A stretch of DNA of 63,746 bases, counting the filler, from Octopus bimaculoides (Eukaryota), in the NCBI RefSeq assembly GCF_001194135.2. It is 6 parts of 6 records of this genome, joined end to end, with 100 filler letters (N's around TTAATTAATTAA, not from the genome) between each part and the next. Parts side by side here need not be neighbours in the genome. Positions count along the whole stretch, not along the records: positions 23,848 to 38,799 come from NC_068983.1; positions 38,900 to 44,873 come from NC_068988.1; positions 44,974 to 62,170 come from NC_068985.1; 3 more parts are not named here. One strand, given 5' to 3'. Below are positions 36,151 to 48,585 of the stretch, piece after piece. Each line of letters begins with the position of its first letter. The first letter of the stretch is position 1. A program made the position numbers and the translations under genes. The notes under the pieces are model-generated. The model was not told the DNA's origin. It worked only from the letters and a program-made list of their open reading frames with translations, and ran no database searches.

Positions 36151-36424
36151 AGTAAACGCTGGTGATATTTAAGTCTGTTTACGAACAAAACAAAGGAGGT
36201 TAATTGTCAATTTGCAAATTTAGTTCATGAACAGGAAGTGTGTAGTGTGGTGGGGGAAATCACTAAAACATTTTGAAAAGTCCAACTTCCGGTGTTCATT
36301 GGTGAGTGAGTTTTATTGTAGGACACACGAGTGTCTCTCACTTAATGACGGAGTATTTTGTTGCAAAGAAGGAGAGACGGGAGAGAGCGAAATAAAGACA
36401 GACCACTCCACCGCACATAAAAAA

Positions 36425-36468
<44 letters not shown>

Positions 36469-36651
36469 GAGGAGGGGAAAAAACTGAAATACAGAAAAAT
36501 TGGAAACACTGAATGCAATAAAGAAATATTTATGCAACAAGAGATGGGAAAAGTATATGTATACACATACATACGTTTATACGTATATACATACCTAAAT
36601 TTATACATACATGGGCAGATATACATATATATGCGTGTATGCCACATATAG

Positions 36652-36687
<36 letters not shown>

Positions 36688-36724
36688 AGACACAGACACA
36701 CACACACACACAGACACAGACACA

Positions 36725-36769
<45 letters not shown>

Positions 36770-36837
36770 GTATATGCATGTATGCATCTATGCATGTATT
36801 GATGTATCTATATCTATATCCATACACACATACATTT

Positions 36838-36898
<61 letters not shown>

Positions 36899-37515
36899 CA
36901 AATATATAGAAAATCGTGTGTGCATATAAACTTATGCGGCAAATATATATATATGCACATACATGTATATATANNNNNNNNNNNNNNNNNNNNNNNNNNN
37001 NNNNNNNNNNNNNNNNNNNNNNNNNNNNNNNNNNNNNNNNNNNNNNNNNNNNNNNNNNNNNNNNNNNNNNNNNNNNNNNNNNNNNNNNNNNNNNNNNNNN
37101 NNNNNNNNNNNNNNNNNNNNNNNNNNNNNNNNNNNNNNNNNNNNNNNNNNNNNNNNNNNNNNNNNNNNNNNNNNNNNNNNNNNNNNNNNNNNNNNNNNNN
37201 NNNNNNNNNNNNNNNNNNNNNNNNNNNNNNNNNNNNNNNNNNNNNNNNNNNNNNNNNNNNNNNNNNNNNNNNNNNNNNNNNNNNNNNNNNNNNNNNNNNN
37301 NNNNNNNNNNNNNNNNNNNNNNNNNNNNNNNNNNNNNNNNNNNNNNNNNNNNNNNNNNNNNNNNNNNNNNNNNNNNNNNNNNNNNNNNNNNNNNNNNNNN
37401 NNNNNNNNNNNNNNNNNNNNNNNNNNNNNNNNNNNNNNNNNNNNNNNNNNNNNNNNNNNNNNNNNNNNNNNNNNNNNNNNNNNNNNNNNNNNNNNNNNNN
37501 NATATATATATATAT

Positions 37516-37677
37516 ACGACTGGCTTCTTCCAGTTTCCGTCTACCAAATCCACTCACAAGGCTTTTGTCAGCCCGAGGTTATGGTAGAAAACACCTGCCG
37601 AACGTGCCACGAAGTGGGACTGCACCCGGAACCATGTGGTTGGTAAGCAAGTTACTTACCACACAGCCACTCCTGTG
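37516..37677 (-). mobile_element. SINE family A, 5' half running into TA/gap
   Basis: ccgtctaccaaatccactcacaaggc...cacacagccactcctgtg. Confidence 0.85.
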
Positions 37678-38481
37678 ACAAAAGTATTCGAGTAAATTAT
37701 CTTTATTAGTAGGAAAACCGTGAGTTAAAAAGAAACTTAGTTTCCTCAGAATTATGTGTTTAACGACTTGAAAATCCTTCTCTCGTGAAACTAAGTTATT
37801 TTTTATTTTTTATATTTCATGCTGCGAATATTCCACCATATTAACTAAAAGTCTTATGAACGCTATGATCACACGATGCAAAAACCATTGACTGAGGCAT
37901 GCGTGTGTCTATATATATGTGTGTGTATGTATGTGTGTGTATGGCTGGTTGGATGTGTATGCGTGGTGTGTGTGTTACTGTGTGTATGGGGAGCCGTCGT
38001 TACATTGTCTGATGAATATATATTTTGAGATATTTCGAAGATAGTTGACACTATTTAATTACGTCTATATTTGTTCGCTATAGTTGACTTCACCGAACAC
38101 TCTACTTCATTACCCAAAACATTGAACACTGGGTCGATTCATTCGACTAAAATTCTTCTAATGACTGAAATAAGTGAAAGAATAAAAGAATAAAGAGATT
38201 AAAAGAATTACAATACCGACCCTTACCAAGGCAGTACATATGAGAAACCTCGTCGCAATTCTTACAACCTAGTTTCTTTTCTTACTCTTGAGTAAGCACG
38301 AAAATATGATAAAAGACAGACAGCCATGAAGTTATGCAATGAAATCAAATAAAGAACCTTGTGATTGTGAAAGAATTTCTTTACCATTTGGTCATACAGG
38401 CACTATTTTACTAACGCACGTATATATTTGTACGTTGGACTCGCATCCAAATACACTACGAAACATACACACGCACACACA

Positions 38482-38608
38482 TGTTTCCGTCTACCAAATT
38501 CACTCACAAGGCTTTGGTCGGTGCGAGGTTATAGTAGAAGACACTTGCCCAAGGTGCCACGCAGTGGTTGGTAGGCAAGCTACTTACCACACAGCCACAC
38601 CTGCGCCT
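38482..38608 (-). mobile_element. SINE family A, 5' half with deletion
   Basis: ccgtctaccaaattcactcacaaggc...cagccacacctgcgcct. Confidence 0.85.
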
Positions 38609-38737
38609 ATATATATATGTATGTATGTATACGTGTGTGTGCGTGTATATATATATATATACATGCATACACAAATACAGATACACGCACACACACAAAC
38701 ACACATACACACATACATATATACATACATACATATA

Positions 38738-38799
<62 letters not shown>

Positions 38800-38899
38800 N
38801 NNNNNNNNNNNNNNNNNNNNNNNNNNNNNNNNNNNNNNNNNNNTTAATTAATTAANNNNNNNNNNNNNNNNNNNNNNNNNNNNNNNNNNNNNNNNNNNN

Positions 38900-38933
<34 letters not shown>

Positions 38934-39341
38934 TTCAGTCACATGCACACACTCACACACACTCACACACACGTACACATACGTATATAAATGCAGTCTT
39001 ATCCGTGTATAGAAATAAACAATTTCTTTCATGTGTGTGAGCAACCTGAGAACTAAAAGAGAAAGAAGAGAAAAAAAAGAGGGTTACAGGTGTAGTAGGG
39101 AGAGGAGGAGCAATGGGAAAGAAGTTCAGTTAGTAAGAAAAGATTTTCATTTTTGTTTTTAATTTAAATACTACGACGACAGCGGATCGTTGGCGGAAGT
39201 GATAGAGCCTCAGGTAAAAATACCCTCCGATGTTCTATTCGTTCGGAGATCGAATCCTGCTGCGGTTAACTTTCTTTTCCCCTCCGTTCCGATTACAATT
39301 AAATAGGATACCAAGGTCGTACTAGACGAATTATTATTTTT

Positions 39342-39550
39342 TTAATCTGTTGCATTCTGGGCGTCGGCAGAGAAAAGACCCGGCGACATGGCGGCCTCCA
39401 CGGGGTCAGCGATGCGTTGAAGGTTGTTGTCGTGGAGATGTTGAACAACATGGACGGGGCTCATTTGATCCTGATATACAATCGGTTTCGTGTCCACATC
39501 GAAGTTGTCACTGTGTGGATCTGAGGGTGGTTTCCTTGAATAGCCAGTTC
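39342..39550 (-). CDS. Possible terminal coding exon (TGYSRKPPSDPHSDNFDVDTKPIVYQDQMSPVHVVQHLHDNNLQRIADPVEAAMSPGLFSADAQNATD*), unverified
   Basis: GC-rich non-repetitive island, ttccgtacag| acceptor candidate, many C-ending codons; no homolog recognised. Confidence 0.3.
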
Positions 39551-40701
39551 CTGTACGGAACTAGATATGATCAGACAGCGAGTGTGGAAGGTCTCCCCCA
39601 AGCTTAGATGCTCAAAACACCCCAGATGTTGCGACGATGCGCCTACGACCCCGGCAGCTGTTGAAGGCTAAGCAAAACATCTCACATCATTTTCCCACTA
39701 TCCATGTATACGCAAACATGCATACTCCTATAATATATAATCCTAAATTTATAGACAAGCGTAAAAACAATACTTACCTACATGCATGAATACACAGGTG
39801 TGTCTGGTATTCGTGAACAAAGTTTAGAGAGACATAAATGACAAACAATTGAAAGTAATGTTATGTGATATGCACCAAATTTGAACTTCCACAACAATAT
39901 GACAGATTCCAATCTGACAAGAAATGAGAATGAGACATCGTGCATATGGTTGTTGACGCCAACTGCAACGACTTAGAGATCGTCAGGTCAGATCCTTTGT
40001 ACTCATAGTCGGTGAAAAGCTGGCGGTCTTTGTCGGGTATGTGTCGTTCAAGTAGAAAAAAAAAACATTCTCTACGGTCAGACGTCAACAAGAATCATCA
40101 AGAACGATTCCTGTGGGCAGTTGAGGACTATTACAATCATCTCAAGGTAACTAAGAGTCTATTATCAGAATTGTGATGTATGAGAATTTCATGTTCAAGT
40201 ACTAAATGATGAAGAAGGTGTAATTCATATCTGGCAGAGAGTCCATTATCAGGTGTGTGGCATATGAGCAATTCATGTTCAAATACAAAGTTATGAAGAG
40301 GGAACAGTTTATGTTCGTCAAGACATAAGAGAACCATGTTGTGTGACCCCCAAATCGTATGCAATCCATTTATAAAATATAAAAATCAAGTAGATTGAGA
40401 TGATTGATTTTATGGTACTCAGAATAAGAATTGGAACATAAAGAAATTCTAGAAGTCACCAAAGCAGCCGGGTGTCTAAGGCAAAAAAATCGTAACGTAA
40501 ATTACAGCGTACGCTGGTTACTCTCGTTCATAGTTTACGTTTGGCTTCTGAAATTTTGAATTTTCAATCACCTTTTGTTTTGAACTTGAGAAAGACAGAC
40601 GTTCTGTCGAAATATTGTTCAAAGAATAAAACATTTATTCAATCGAATCGCGATCTTCGTCTTGATTATTTACCTTCGTGAAGAGTTACGTCAATCCTTT
40701 T

Positions 40702-40745
<44 letters not shown>

Positions 40746-40753
<8 letters not shown>

Positions 40754-41595
40754 TTCTAACTGGGCCCCACTTGCAAGGTCATGCGCTGTTTATCTTGATA
40801 TGAGACCACTATAGTGTGCACATATGGTTGTGATGCATGTACCTGGTGTACCCTTATCAGACGGGTAGTCATGATGGGTATACTGGGCTTCGTATATTTT
40901 ACCCCAGTGTCACTTTGATGGCATGCACTGCTCTCTTACTCAATAATAATAATAATAATAATAATAATATTAATACCAGGCAGGGGTTCTCATGGCTTCT
41001 GAAATACCAGGCATTGGCTCTCATAGCTTCTGAAATACTAGGCAGTGACTTTCATGGCTTCTGTTCTTAACTGATTGGAATAGTTATCATGTATATGTTT
41101 TTTCTTGGTATAAAAGATGGGCTACATCAAATATTCTGCTCAATACCACAGGTTTGCTTGTCAGTTGCTTGACCCTAACCAGTTGAGCATGTCCCTGACC
41201 GGCTGACAATATGTGCATCTCTGATCGCGAGCAGGAGTAGTGGGGGAGCATCATAGCCATGTGTTGAGAGGAATTCTTTGGGGTTTGAATAATTCGCCTC
41301 TGGAAACATGGGTGTTTTGTTAATCATCCTTAAAAACCTTATTCAGAGACCTTTTAAGCAGAGTGGGCTACTCGGCCTGAAGAAAATTCTAACTGGTCCC
41401 CATCTGCAAGGTCATGCGCTTTTTATCTTGATATGAGATCACCACATCGTGCACATATGGTTGTGAATCATGTGCCTGGTGTATCCTTGTCAGACGGGTA
41501 GTCATGATGGGTATATTGGGCTTGGTATATTTGTACTCCAGTGTCACTTTGATGACATGCATTGCTCTGTCACTCAATAATAAGAATAATTTCTT
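40746..41595 (+). mobile_element. Family G: two head-to-tail copies embedded in (AAT)n (truncated 40746-40946; longer 40970-41595)
   Basis: ~200-bp direct repeat aaaattctaactgg...ccagtgtcactttgatg...ctcAATAAT; the 5' part is homologous (inverted) to 62271-62400. Confidence 0.7.
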
Positions 41596-41619
41596 ATTTT
41601 GGCCCATGTCCAGTAATTT

Positions 41620-41820
41620 TTATGGGAAGGCTTAAGTCGATTTCATCGACTTAAATATTTATAGGATTTGGCTAGGCCTTCATCTCATCAACCCCAAAGG
41701 GATGAAAGGCAAAGCTGACCTTGGCAGGATCTGAACTAAAAAAAAACAAAAAAAAACGGGAGAAATACTGTTTAGCGTTTTATCCGACACGATAATGATT
41801 CTGCCATTTCGCCACCTCCC
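41620..41820 (-). mobile_element. SINE family B, degraded
   Basis: ccccaaagggatgaaaggcaaagctgaccttggcaggatctgaact. Confidence 0.65.
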
Positions 41821-42278
41821 TATACTAGTTTTATCGATTCCGAAGAAAAAAAATATGCAAGTAAACTAAGAGGCGCTAAATTTAATAATTGTTTTTTAGC
41901 TGCGAGATAGGGTCACAAATATTCCTGGGAGATTAGTCAAATATCTCTCTCCTAGAAAGACATAGTTTGAACCAGCGGGATTTGATCTCACAAGGAAAAT
42001 GGTGTAAGGGATTTTGTCGGATGCTCGACCGTTTTTGTCAATCTATCACGTAGTCTTCGTTGATATATTAAATAAAAATGAAGGAAATATATTCCTTCGT
42101 TGTCTTATGTCAAGAATGTTGCGTTAACGATATAATATAGGGAAGCAACTCATGAAAACGAAAATGTTACGGGGGAAACGAAAACTCATTAAAGCGAGAC
42201 AACTCTAAAGATGTTTTCGTCTAATATACATATACATACATACATGTGTACACACAGACACACACACACGCACGCACG

Positions 42279-42323
<45 letters not shown>

Positions 42324-42547
42324 AGGCGCGCGCACACTCACACACACACACACATAGACACATTCACACACACATACATACATTTCACACACACTACACA
42401 TTTCACACACATTTCACACACACGCACACACACACAAACACACACACACATGTATGCATATGTATATATGAATATATATATATGTATATATGTATATTCG
42501 TATATATGCGAGCATGTATGTATATATGAATGTATGTATGTATATAT

Positions 42548-42734
42548 CTTTTCTTTGTTTCAGTCATTGGACTTCGGTCATCCTGGGGCACAGCATTGAA
42601 AGGTTAAGTCGAAGGAGTGAAGTCCAGTACTTTTTTTTTAAAGTCTAGTACTAATTTTGTGGGATTCTTTTGCCGAACAACTATGTTACAGGGGGCGTAA
42701 ACAAACCAACACCAGTCGTCAGGTAGTTGGAAGG

Positions 42735-42771
<37 letters not shown>

Positions 42772-42782
42772 CCACACACATG

Positions 42783-42815
<33 letters not shown>

Positions 42816-42957
42816 ACACACACACACACACTTTTTCATACACACTCCCCCCACACAAATAAACACACACACAGGCGCACACGTTCACACACATATTGAC
42901 TTCCATGGAGTTTCCGTCTACCAAATTCACTCACGAGGCATTAGTTTGCCCGGATCT
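42548..42957 (-). mobile_element. SINE family A, degraded, truncated at the mariner insertion
   Basis: Tail motifs at 42548-42740, microsatellite, body motif tttccgtctaccaaattcactcac at 42911. Confidence 0.65.
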
Positions 42958-42960
42958 ATA

Positions 42961-44278
42961 CGACGGTGGGCTGAAATCTTCAGAGGTTGACTATCAAGGA
43001 GAGACGCTAGAGCTGTAAAGTCTTGCATGCATTAATTTCCTGCTTTCTAATCAATGACTGCGTTATTTCTTTGCAGATAGACTAGTATCTAACAGATCAA
43101 AGTAGACGTTAAAAGTAACTAGTAGCGACTTGTCTTGAAGATCTACAAAATTGGGCATCGTGCAGTTATCAAATACCTGCAGAAAAATGGTTTAGCCCGT
43201 AAAGACATTCATGCTGACATATTTAATTCTTTATTGCCCACAGGGGGCTAAACATAGAGGGGACAGACAAAGGGTTTAAGTCGATTACACCGACCCCAGT
43301 GCGTAACTGGTACTTATTTAATCGACCCTGAAAGGATGAAAGGCAAAGTCGACCTCGGCGGAGTTTGAACTCAGAACATAACGACAGACGAAATGCCGCT
43401 AAGCATTTCGCCCGGTGTGCTAACGATTCTGCCAGCTCGCCGCCTTTTCATGCCGACATATTTGCTACATTAAGTGATGATGCTCCAGCTTTATCAGCAC
43501 TGCAGAAGTGGGCAGCTGAATTTAGGAAAGAAAGGAAATTTCTTGATGAAGACATTGATCGTGTTCAACACATGGTGATGGATGACAGATGATTGACTAT
43601 CAATCAAAAAGCCAATGCTATACGCATATCCCCTGAGAGAGTTGAGAATATTCTGCACAATGAACTTGACATAATGCCGGTTTCAGTTCGGTAGGTGCTA
43701 CGTTTTCTGACACCCGATCAAAAGCGTACCACACTGATCACATCACAGAGAAATCTTTCATTTATTTGAAGTAGATCCAGATGGTTTCCTTGAATGTTTC
43801 CTAGGCTAGGATGAGTATAGGGTTCATCACATTGAACCAGAGACAAATAGATAATCCATGCCCTCCTCACCTGCTCCAAAGAAAGCTAAGGTCTTTCATC
43901 TGCAGAGAAGGTTATGGCGCCTCATTATTTTGGGGGTGTAAAAGGCATTATGTTTATTGACTATCTCCAAACGGGTTACACCATCAATGGAAAATACAAT
44001 GCCAACATGTTGAGGCAGTTACAAAAGGCTATCAAAACCAAACGCTCTGGAAAATTGACGAAAGGACTCATGTTTCCTCAGGACAATCCTCCAGCACACA
44101 AGTCCTTGCTTTCAGTGGCTGCTGTGCGTGAATTGGTTGACCACCTTCCCTATTCTCCTGATTGGCTCCATCTGACTATCGTCTGTACCCTAACATGAAA
44201 AAATACTTGACTGGGAAACAGCATCGCAGTGATGATGCCGTTGTATCTGCTGTTGATGACCTTTTTGACTAACAAGAT
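42961..44278 (+). mobile_element. Mariner element with pseudogenised transposase; right end lost in a microsatellite
   Basis: KIGHRAVIKYLQKNGL..DIHAD/FATLSDDAP..QKWAAEF (HTH), KVMA..GGVKGIMFIDYL, QDNPPAH, HLPYSPD; preceded by TA. Confidence 0.9.
43225..43446 (-). mobile_element. SINE B' inserted in the mariner transposase
   Basis: 17-bp TSD TTCATGCYGACATATTT at 43208-43224 and 43447-43463. Confidence 0.9.
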
Positions 44279-44415
44279 GTGTGTGTGAGTGTGTGTGTGT
44301 GTATGTATGTATGTATGTATGTATGCATGCATGTATGTATGTATGTGTGTGTGTGTGTGTGAATGTATGTATGTATGTATGTATGTATGTATGTATGCAT
44401 GCATGTATGTATGTA

Positions 44416-44452
<37 letters not shown>

Positions 44453-44690
44453 ATGTATACATGCATGCATGTATGTATGTATGTGTGTGTGTGTGTGTGT
44501 GTGTATGAATGTATGCATGCATGCATGTATGTATGTATGTGTGTGTGTGTGTATGTATGTATGTATGCATGCATGTATGTATGTATGTGTGTGTGTGTAT
44601 GTATGTATGTATGTATGTATGCATGCATGTATGTATGTATGTATGTATGTATGTATGTATGTATGTATGTATGTGTGTGTGTATGTTTAA
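44279..44690. repeat. Higher-order compound microsatellite (TG)n(TATG)n(CATG)n
   Basis: A block of TG, TATG and CATG units is itself repeated several times. Confidence 0.9.
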
Positions 44691-44825
44691 CAGCGTAGAT
44701 CCCATGACTTTCATAAATATCTTTTTACTCTTAGAATTTTCGAAGGATGGAATAGACTATTTACGACGGCTTTTGGGTGTACGGACACTGCATCTTCAAT
44801 ATTTTGCATGCTTTGATGAGCCTAT

Positions 44826-44873
<48 letters not shown>

Positions 44874-45075
44874 NNNNNNNNNNNNNNNNNNNNNNNNNNN
44901 NNNNNNNNNNNNNNNNNTTAATTAATTAANNNNNNNNNNNNNNNNNNNNNNNNNNNNNNNNNNNNNNNNNNNNAGGAGGAGGAGGAGGAGGAGGAGGAGG
45001 AGGAGGAAGAAAATAAGAAGAAGAACAAACGAACGAACGGACAACAACAACAACAACAACAACAAAGCAAAGATA

Positions 45076-45505
45076 TAGGTGAAGGAGTGGCTGAGTTGTA
45101 AGTAGCTTGCTTACCAACCACATGGTTCCGAGTTCTGTCCCACTGCTTGGCACGTTGGGCAAATGTCTTCTGCTATAGCCTCGAGTCAACCAAACCCTTG
45201 TGAGTGGATTTGGTAGACGGAAAGAAGCCCGTCGTATATATGTATGTATATATTTATATATGTATGTATGTGTGTGTGTATATGTTTGTGTGCCTGTGTA
45301 TATGTTTGTGTGGCTGTGTTTGTACCCCCAACATCGCTTGACAATTGATGTTGGTGTGTTTACATACCCGTAACTTAGCGGTTCCGCAAAAGAGACCGAT
45401 AGACTAAGTACTAGTCTATTACAAATAATAAGTCCTGGGGTCGATTTGCTCGACTAAAGGCAGTGCTCCAGCATGGCCACAGTCAAATGACTGAAAGAAG
45501 TAAAG
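45076..45505 (+). mobile_element. SINE family A, full length
   Basis: Colinear with 24606-25000. Confidence 0.9.
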
Positions 45506-45519
45506 GACAATATAGACAA

Positions 45520-45720
45520 ATAGATGAAAGAGATTGCAATAGAATGCCCAATAGATCTCCTACAGGCAGCTTTTCTCTTAGGGAAAGCAGGTACTATCAA
45601 GCGGGTTCGAAGCACTTGAAAGACTGATAAAAATACTGTGGATACCTAAGGTAACAGGCAGTAACTTGCTGCCCACAAATATCCTAATTGGAAAAAGACC
45701 GACCCTGGGCCAAACCAAAA
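45520..45720 (+). mobile_element. 3' end of an REL-endonuclease LINE (short 5'-truncated copy)
   Basis: MKEIAIECPIDLLQAAFLLGKAGTIKRVRST* resembles the LQKxxLLGTARIxRxVL terminus; then 3' UTR and (ATG)n(ATT)n. Confidence 0.55.
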
Positions 45721-45740
45721 TGATGATGATGATGATGATG

Positions 45741-45794
<54 letters not shown>

Positions 45795-46805
45795 GCAGAA
45801 AGGATGGGATTGAGAACTACTGAACAGAACAGATCAGCGACGGATAGAAGAGGAAATTAATAATAAAGGAGAATTTCTGAAGATGTACATACACAAAGAA
45901 TGCCGGTGACATTAACACTGAAAATTGTGTAACTAAAGAAAAGTTTAAACAAGAAATGAACAAAAAAAAAAAGAAAAAGCATAGAAGGAAAAGAAAACGT
46001 ACGTTCAGTTTGCAAGAGATGTGAACGCCAAGACAGATACAGAAGACTCATGGCTATGGATGAAGAGGAGTGACCTGAAGATAGAGACACGCACTTATAT
46101 GCGCAGCTCAGAGACAAGCATTAAGGACCAACCATATGAAGTGCAGAATAGACAAAACTACTGATAACAACAAACGCAGAATGAGTGGTGAAAGGGATGA
46201 AATTGTATGGCACATCGATAGCGAATGCCCGAATTTGGCACAACGCAAATATAAAAGACGTCATGACAATGTGGCAAGAATGGTCCATTGGAATCTCTGT
46301 AGAAAGCACAGGCTACAAAGAGCAAAGACGTGGTATGAGGAAATTCCAGAAGGGGTTACCGAAAATGAGAATTGTAAAATCCTGTCGGATGCAATGATCC
46401 AGTGCGATCACCCGATCAGACATCGGGAACCGGACATTATTATGAATAAAAAAGAAAGAACATGTATGTATGATAATCGACATAGCACGCTCCCGTGACA
46501 ACAGGATCTATGTGAAAGAAGAAGAAAGAATAAACAACTATGACGAGTTGAAGTGGGGTAATACGAATGTTTCGGTCAATGAGGAGAGTAGACGTGATAC
46601 CAATAAAAATTGGCGCTCTTGGAAGTATCAGCACTCAAATTCCAGCTTCGCTGAAAAAGATCGGTGCAAGTGTACTTGGAACTACTAGAATTCTTCGTAG
46701 GGTTCTTGAAGCATGACCAGTAAACAAGTGTCACATTAGTCTCTTGGTTGTGGACAGCTGACACTTTCCATCATACCCAGCAAAATAAGCTGTGAGGTTT
46801 CATAA
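45795..46805 (+). pseudogene. R4/Dong-type LINE 3' remnant (zinc knuckle + restriction-like endonuclease)
   Basis: HIDSEC, KRRHDNVARMVHWNLC, HREPDII, IIDIA, YDELKW, VIPIKIGALG, LGTTRILRRVLEA*; 3' UTR ending in (AAT)n. Confidence 0.85.
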
Positions 46806-46806
46806 G

Positions 46807-46874
<68 letters not shown>

Positions 46875-46990
46875 AAGAAGAAGAAGAAGAAGAAGAAGAA
46901 GAAGAAGAAAAAGAAGAAGAAGAAGAAAAAGAAGAACAAGAAGAAAAAGAAGAAGAAGAAGAACAACAACAACAACAACAACAATAACAT
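46806..46990. repeat. (AAT)(AAG)(AAC) microsatellite
   Basis: Direct observation. Confidence 0.9.
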
Positions 46991-47198
46991 CGTTATATAG
47001 ATGCGTGAAATGTAAGAAACGGTAGTCAGATCTCCCTCAGTTTACATCCTATTCACTTTTAGAATGTCGGCATACTCTCTGGTATACAAAGCAGGTAATG
47101 TGTTCACGGTTGGAAAACATTTTCCTATACTTCTGGTGTAACTGGGGTTGACTGATAGCAACAACAACATCTACTTTTACTACTACTACTACTACTAT

Positions 47199-47252
<54 letters not shown>

Positions 47253-47772
47253 AATCAGAAGAACGAAATAAATTTAATGATCAACAACAAATTTTATAAA
47301 TTAATAACATTTTTTTTGCTGTTGATAAACTGAGACAAAATGGTGGTAAACAAAAATATAATTTTCCGATTAATTAATGGCTGTTAAATTATTGATACAA
47401 CATATAAATTAATACCGTTTTATTATTTTTATTTTTTTATTTCTTTCTTTATAATTGCGGTTGATGTTGCAACTAAAAACGTAGCTTAGCAACATGGCAG
47501 AGATTCATGGCAGTTATACCACACTGTGTGCTATAAAAATGAAGATTTAACAAAGGACCCTATGCTACCTAGTAAAATAAAGTAGAATCAAAATATAGTA
47601 AAATAATAAACTATTGAAAAGATATTTAAGCAAAACAGATACTGTTCTTTTAAAAATTAATTGTATTGGGATCGATTTGTTCAGCTAAACCTTTCAAAGA
47701 GGTGCTGCAGCATGGTCGCAGTATTTCAACATAAGTTACATACCTAGGAATTTTCGCAGCAAATGTGCGCTT

Positions 47773-48052
47773 TTATACGTTATTATGGAGATAAAAATTG
47801 CTCATAGCACCCGAAAAGGTTTCCTTGATCCTCGGGTGACTCGCTTGACGAGTATGGCTTTGTTTATGGCGGCTTTTATAACCCATGGTAACGATTGTAG
47901 CTCTACGTGCAACAGTGGTACTCCTGGCGGCGCTGGGGTGTTTCTTTGTGGTGAGATTGTTGTTATTGCTAGTGGTAGAAGCAGTGTTTCTCTTGATGGG
48001 TATAGCAGCCAGTTCAGTCTGCGCTAGTGGTCGGTTGAAGTTTAGGTCAAAG
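47773..48052 (-). CDS. Possible exon (FDLNFNRPLAQTELAAIPIKRNTAS...), unverified
   Basis: Pyrimidine-rich acceptor ttattctgctctatcag|; only one frame is open after it; GC-richer unique sequence; no homolog recognised. Confidence 0.25.
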
Positions 48053-48227
48053 CTGATAGAGCAGAATAATATGATAAAAAGCATTCCAGTCGTGACCAAT
48101 TCATCTGCTATTCAATGTGCAGAGAATCCAAAACCACGTACTGCATTTCCCTGCGTATTAGACGCGCCCTCGCAAACGAAATACTCCTGCTTTACAAGAA
48201 TATTTTGTGAAATTTTAGAAAATATAC

Positions 48228-48585
48228 ATGTGCAGCACCTTGGGCAAATGTCTTCTACTATAGCTTTGGACCAATCAAATCTTTGTGAGTGAATTTCGTA
48301 GACGGAAACTGAAATAAGTCCGTCGTATACATGTATCTGTTTATATCCATGTGCGTTTATATCTGTCTTTGTGTCTGTGTTTGTCCTGCCACCCACCGCT
48401 TGACAACCGGTGCTGGTGTGTTTACGTCCCAGTAATTTAGCTGTTCGATAAAAGAAACGGATACAGTACGTACAGTACCAAGCTTAAAATACAAATAAGA
48501 CCTGCAGTCGATTCGTTCGACTAAACTTCGTCAAGGCGGTGCCCCAGCATGGCCGCAGTTTGATGACTGAAACAAGTAAAAGTCA
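48228..48585 (+). mobile_element. SINE family A, 5'-truncated
   Basis: caccttgggcaaatgtcttctactatag...ggcggtgccccagcatggccgcag...gactgaaacaagtaaaag. Confidence 0.85.

Noticed and set aside
920-38855. Long ORFs in the supplied track ([12 protein letters not shown], poly-X)
   Set aside because: Translations of microsatellites and N gaps.
40155-40305. C2H2 zinc-finger array (84-nt period equals 28 aa)
   Set aside because: No CxxC...HxxxH or TGEKP pattern in any frame I translated.
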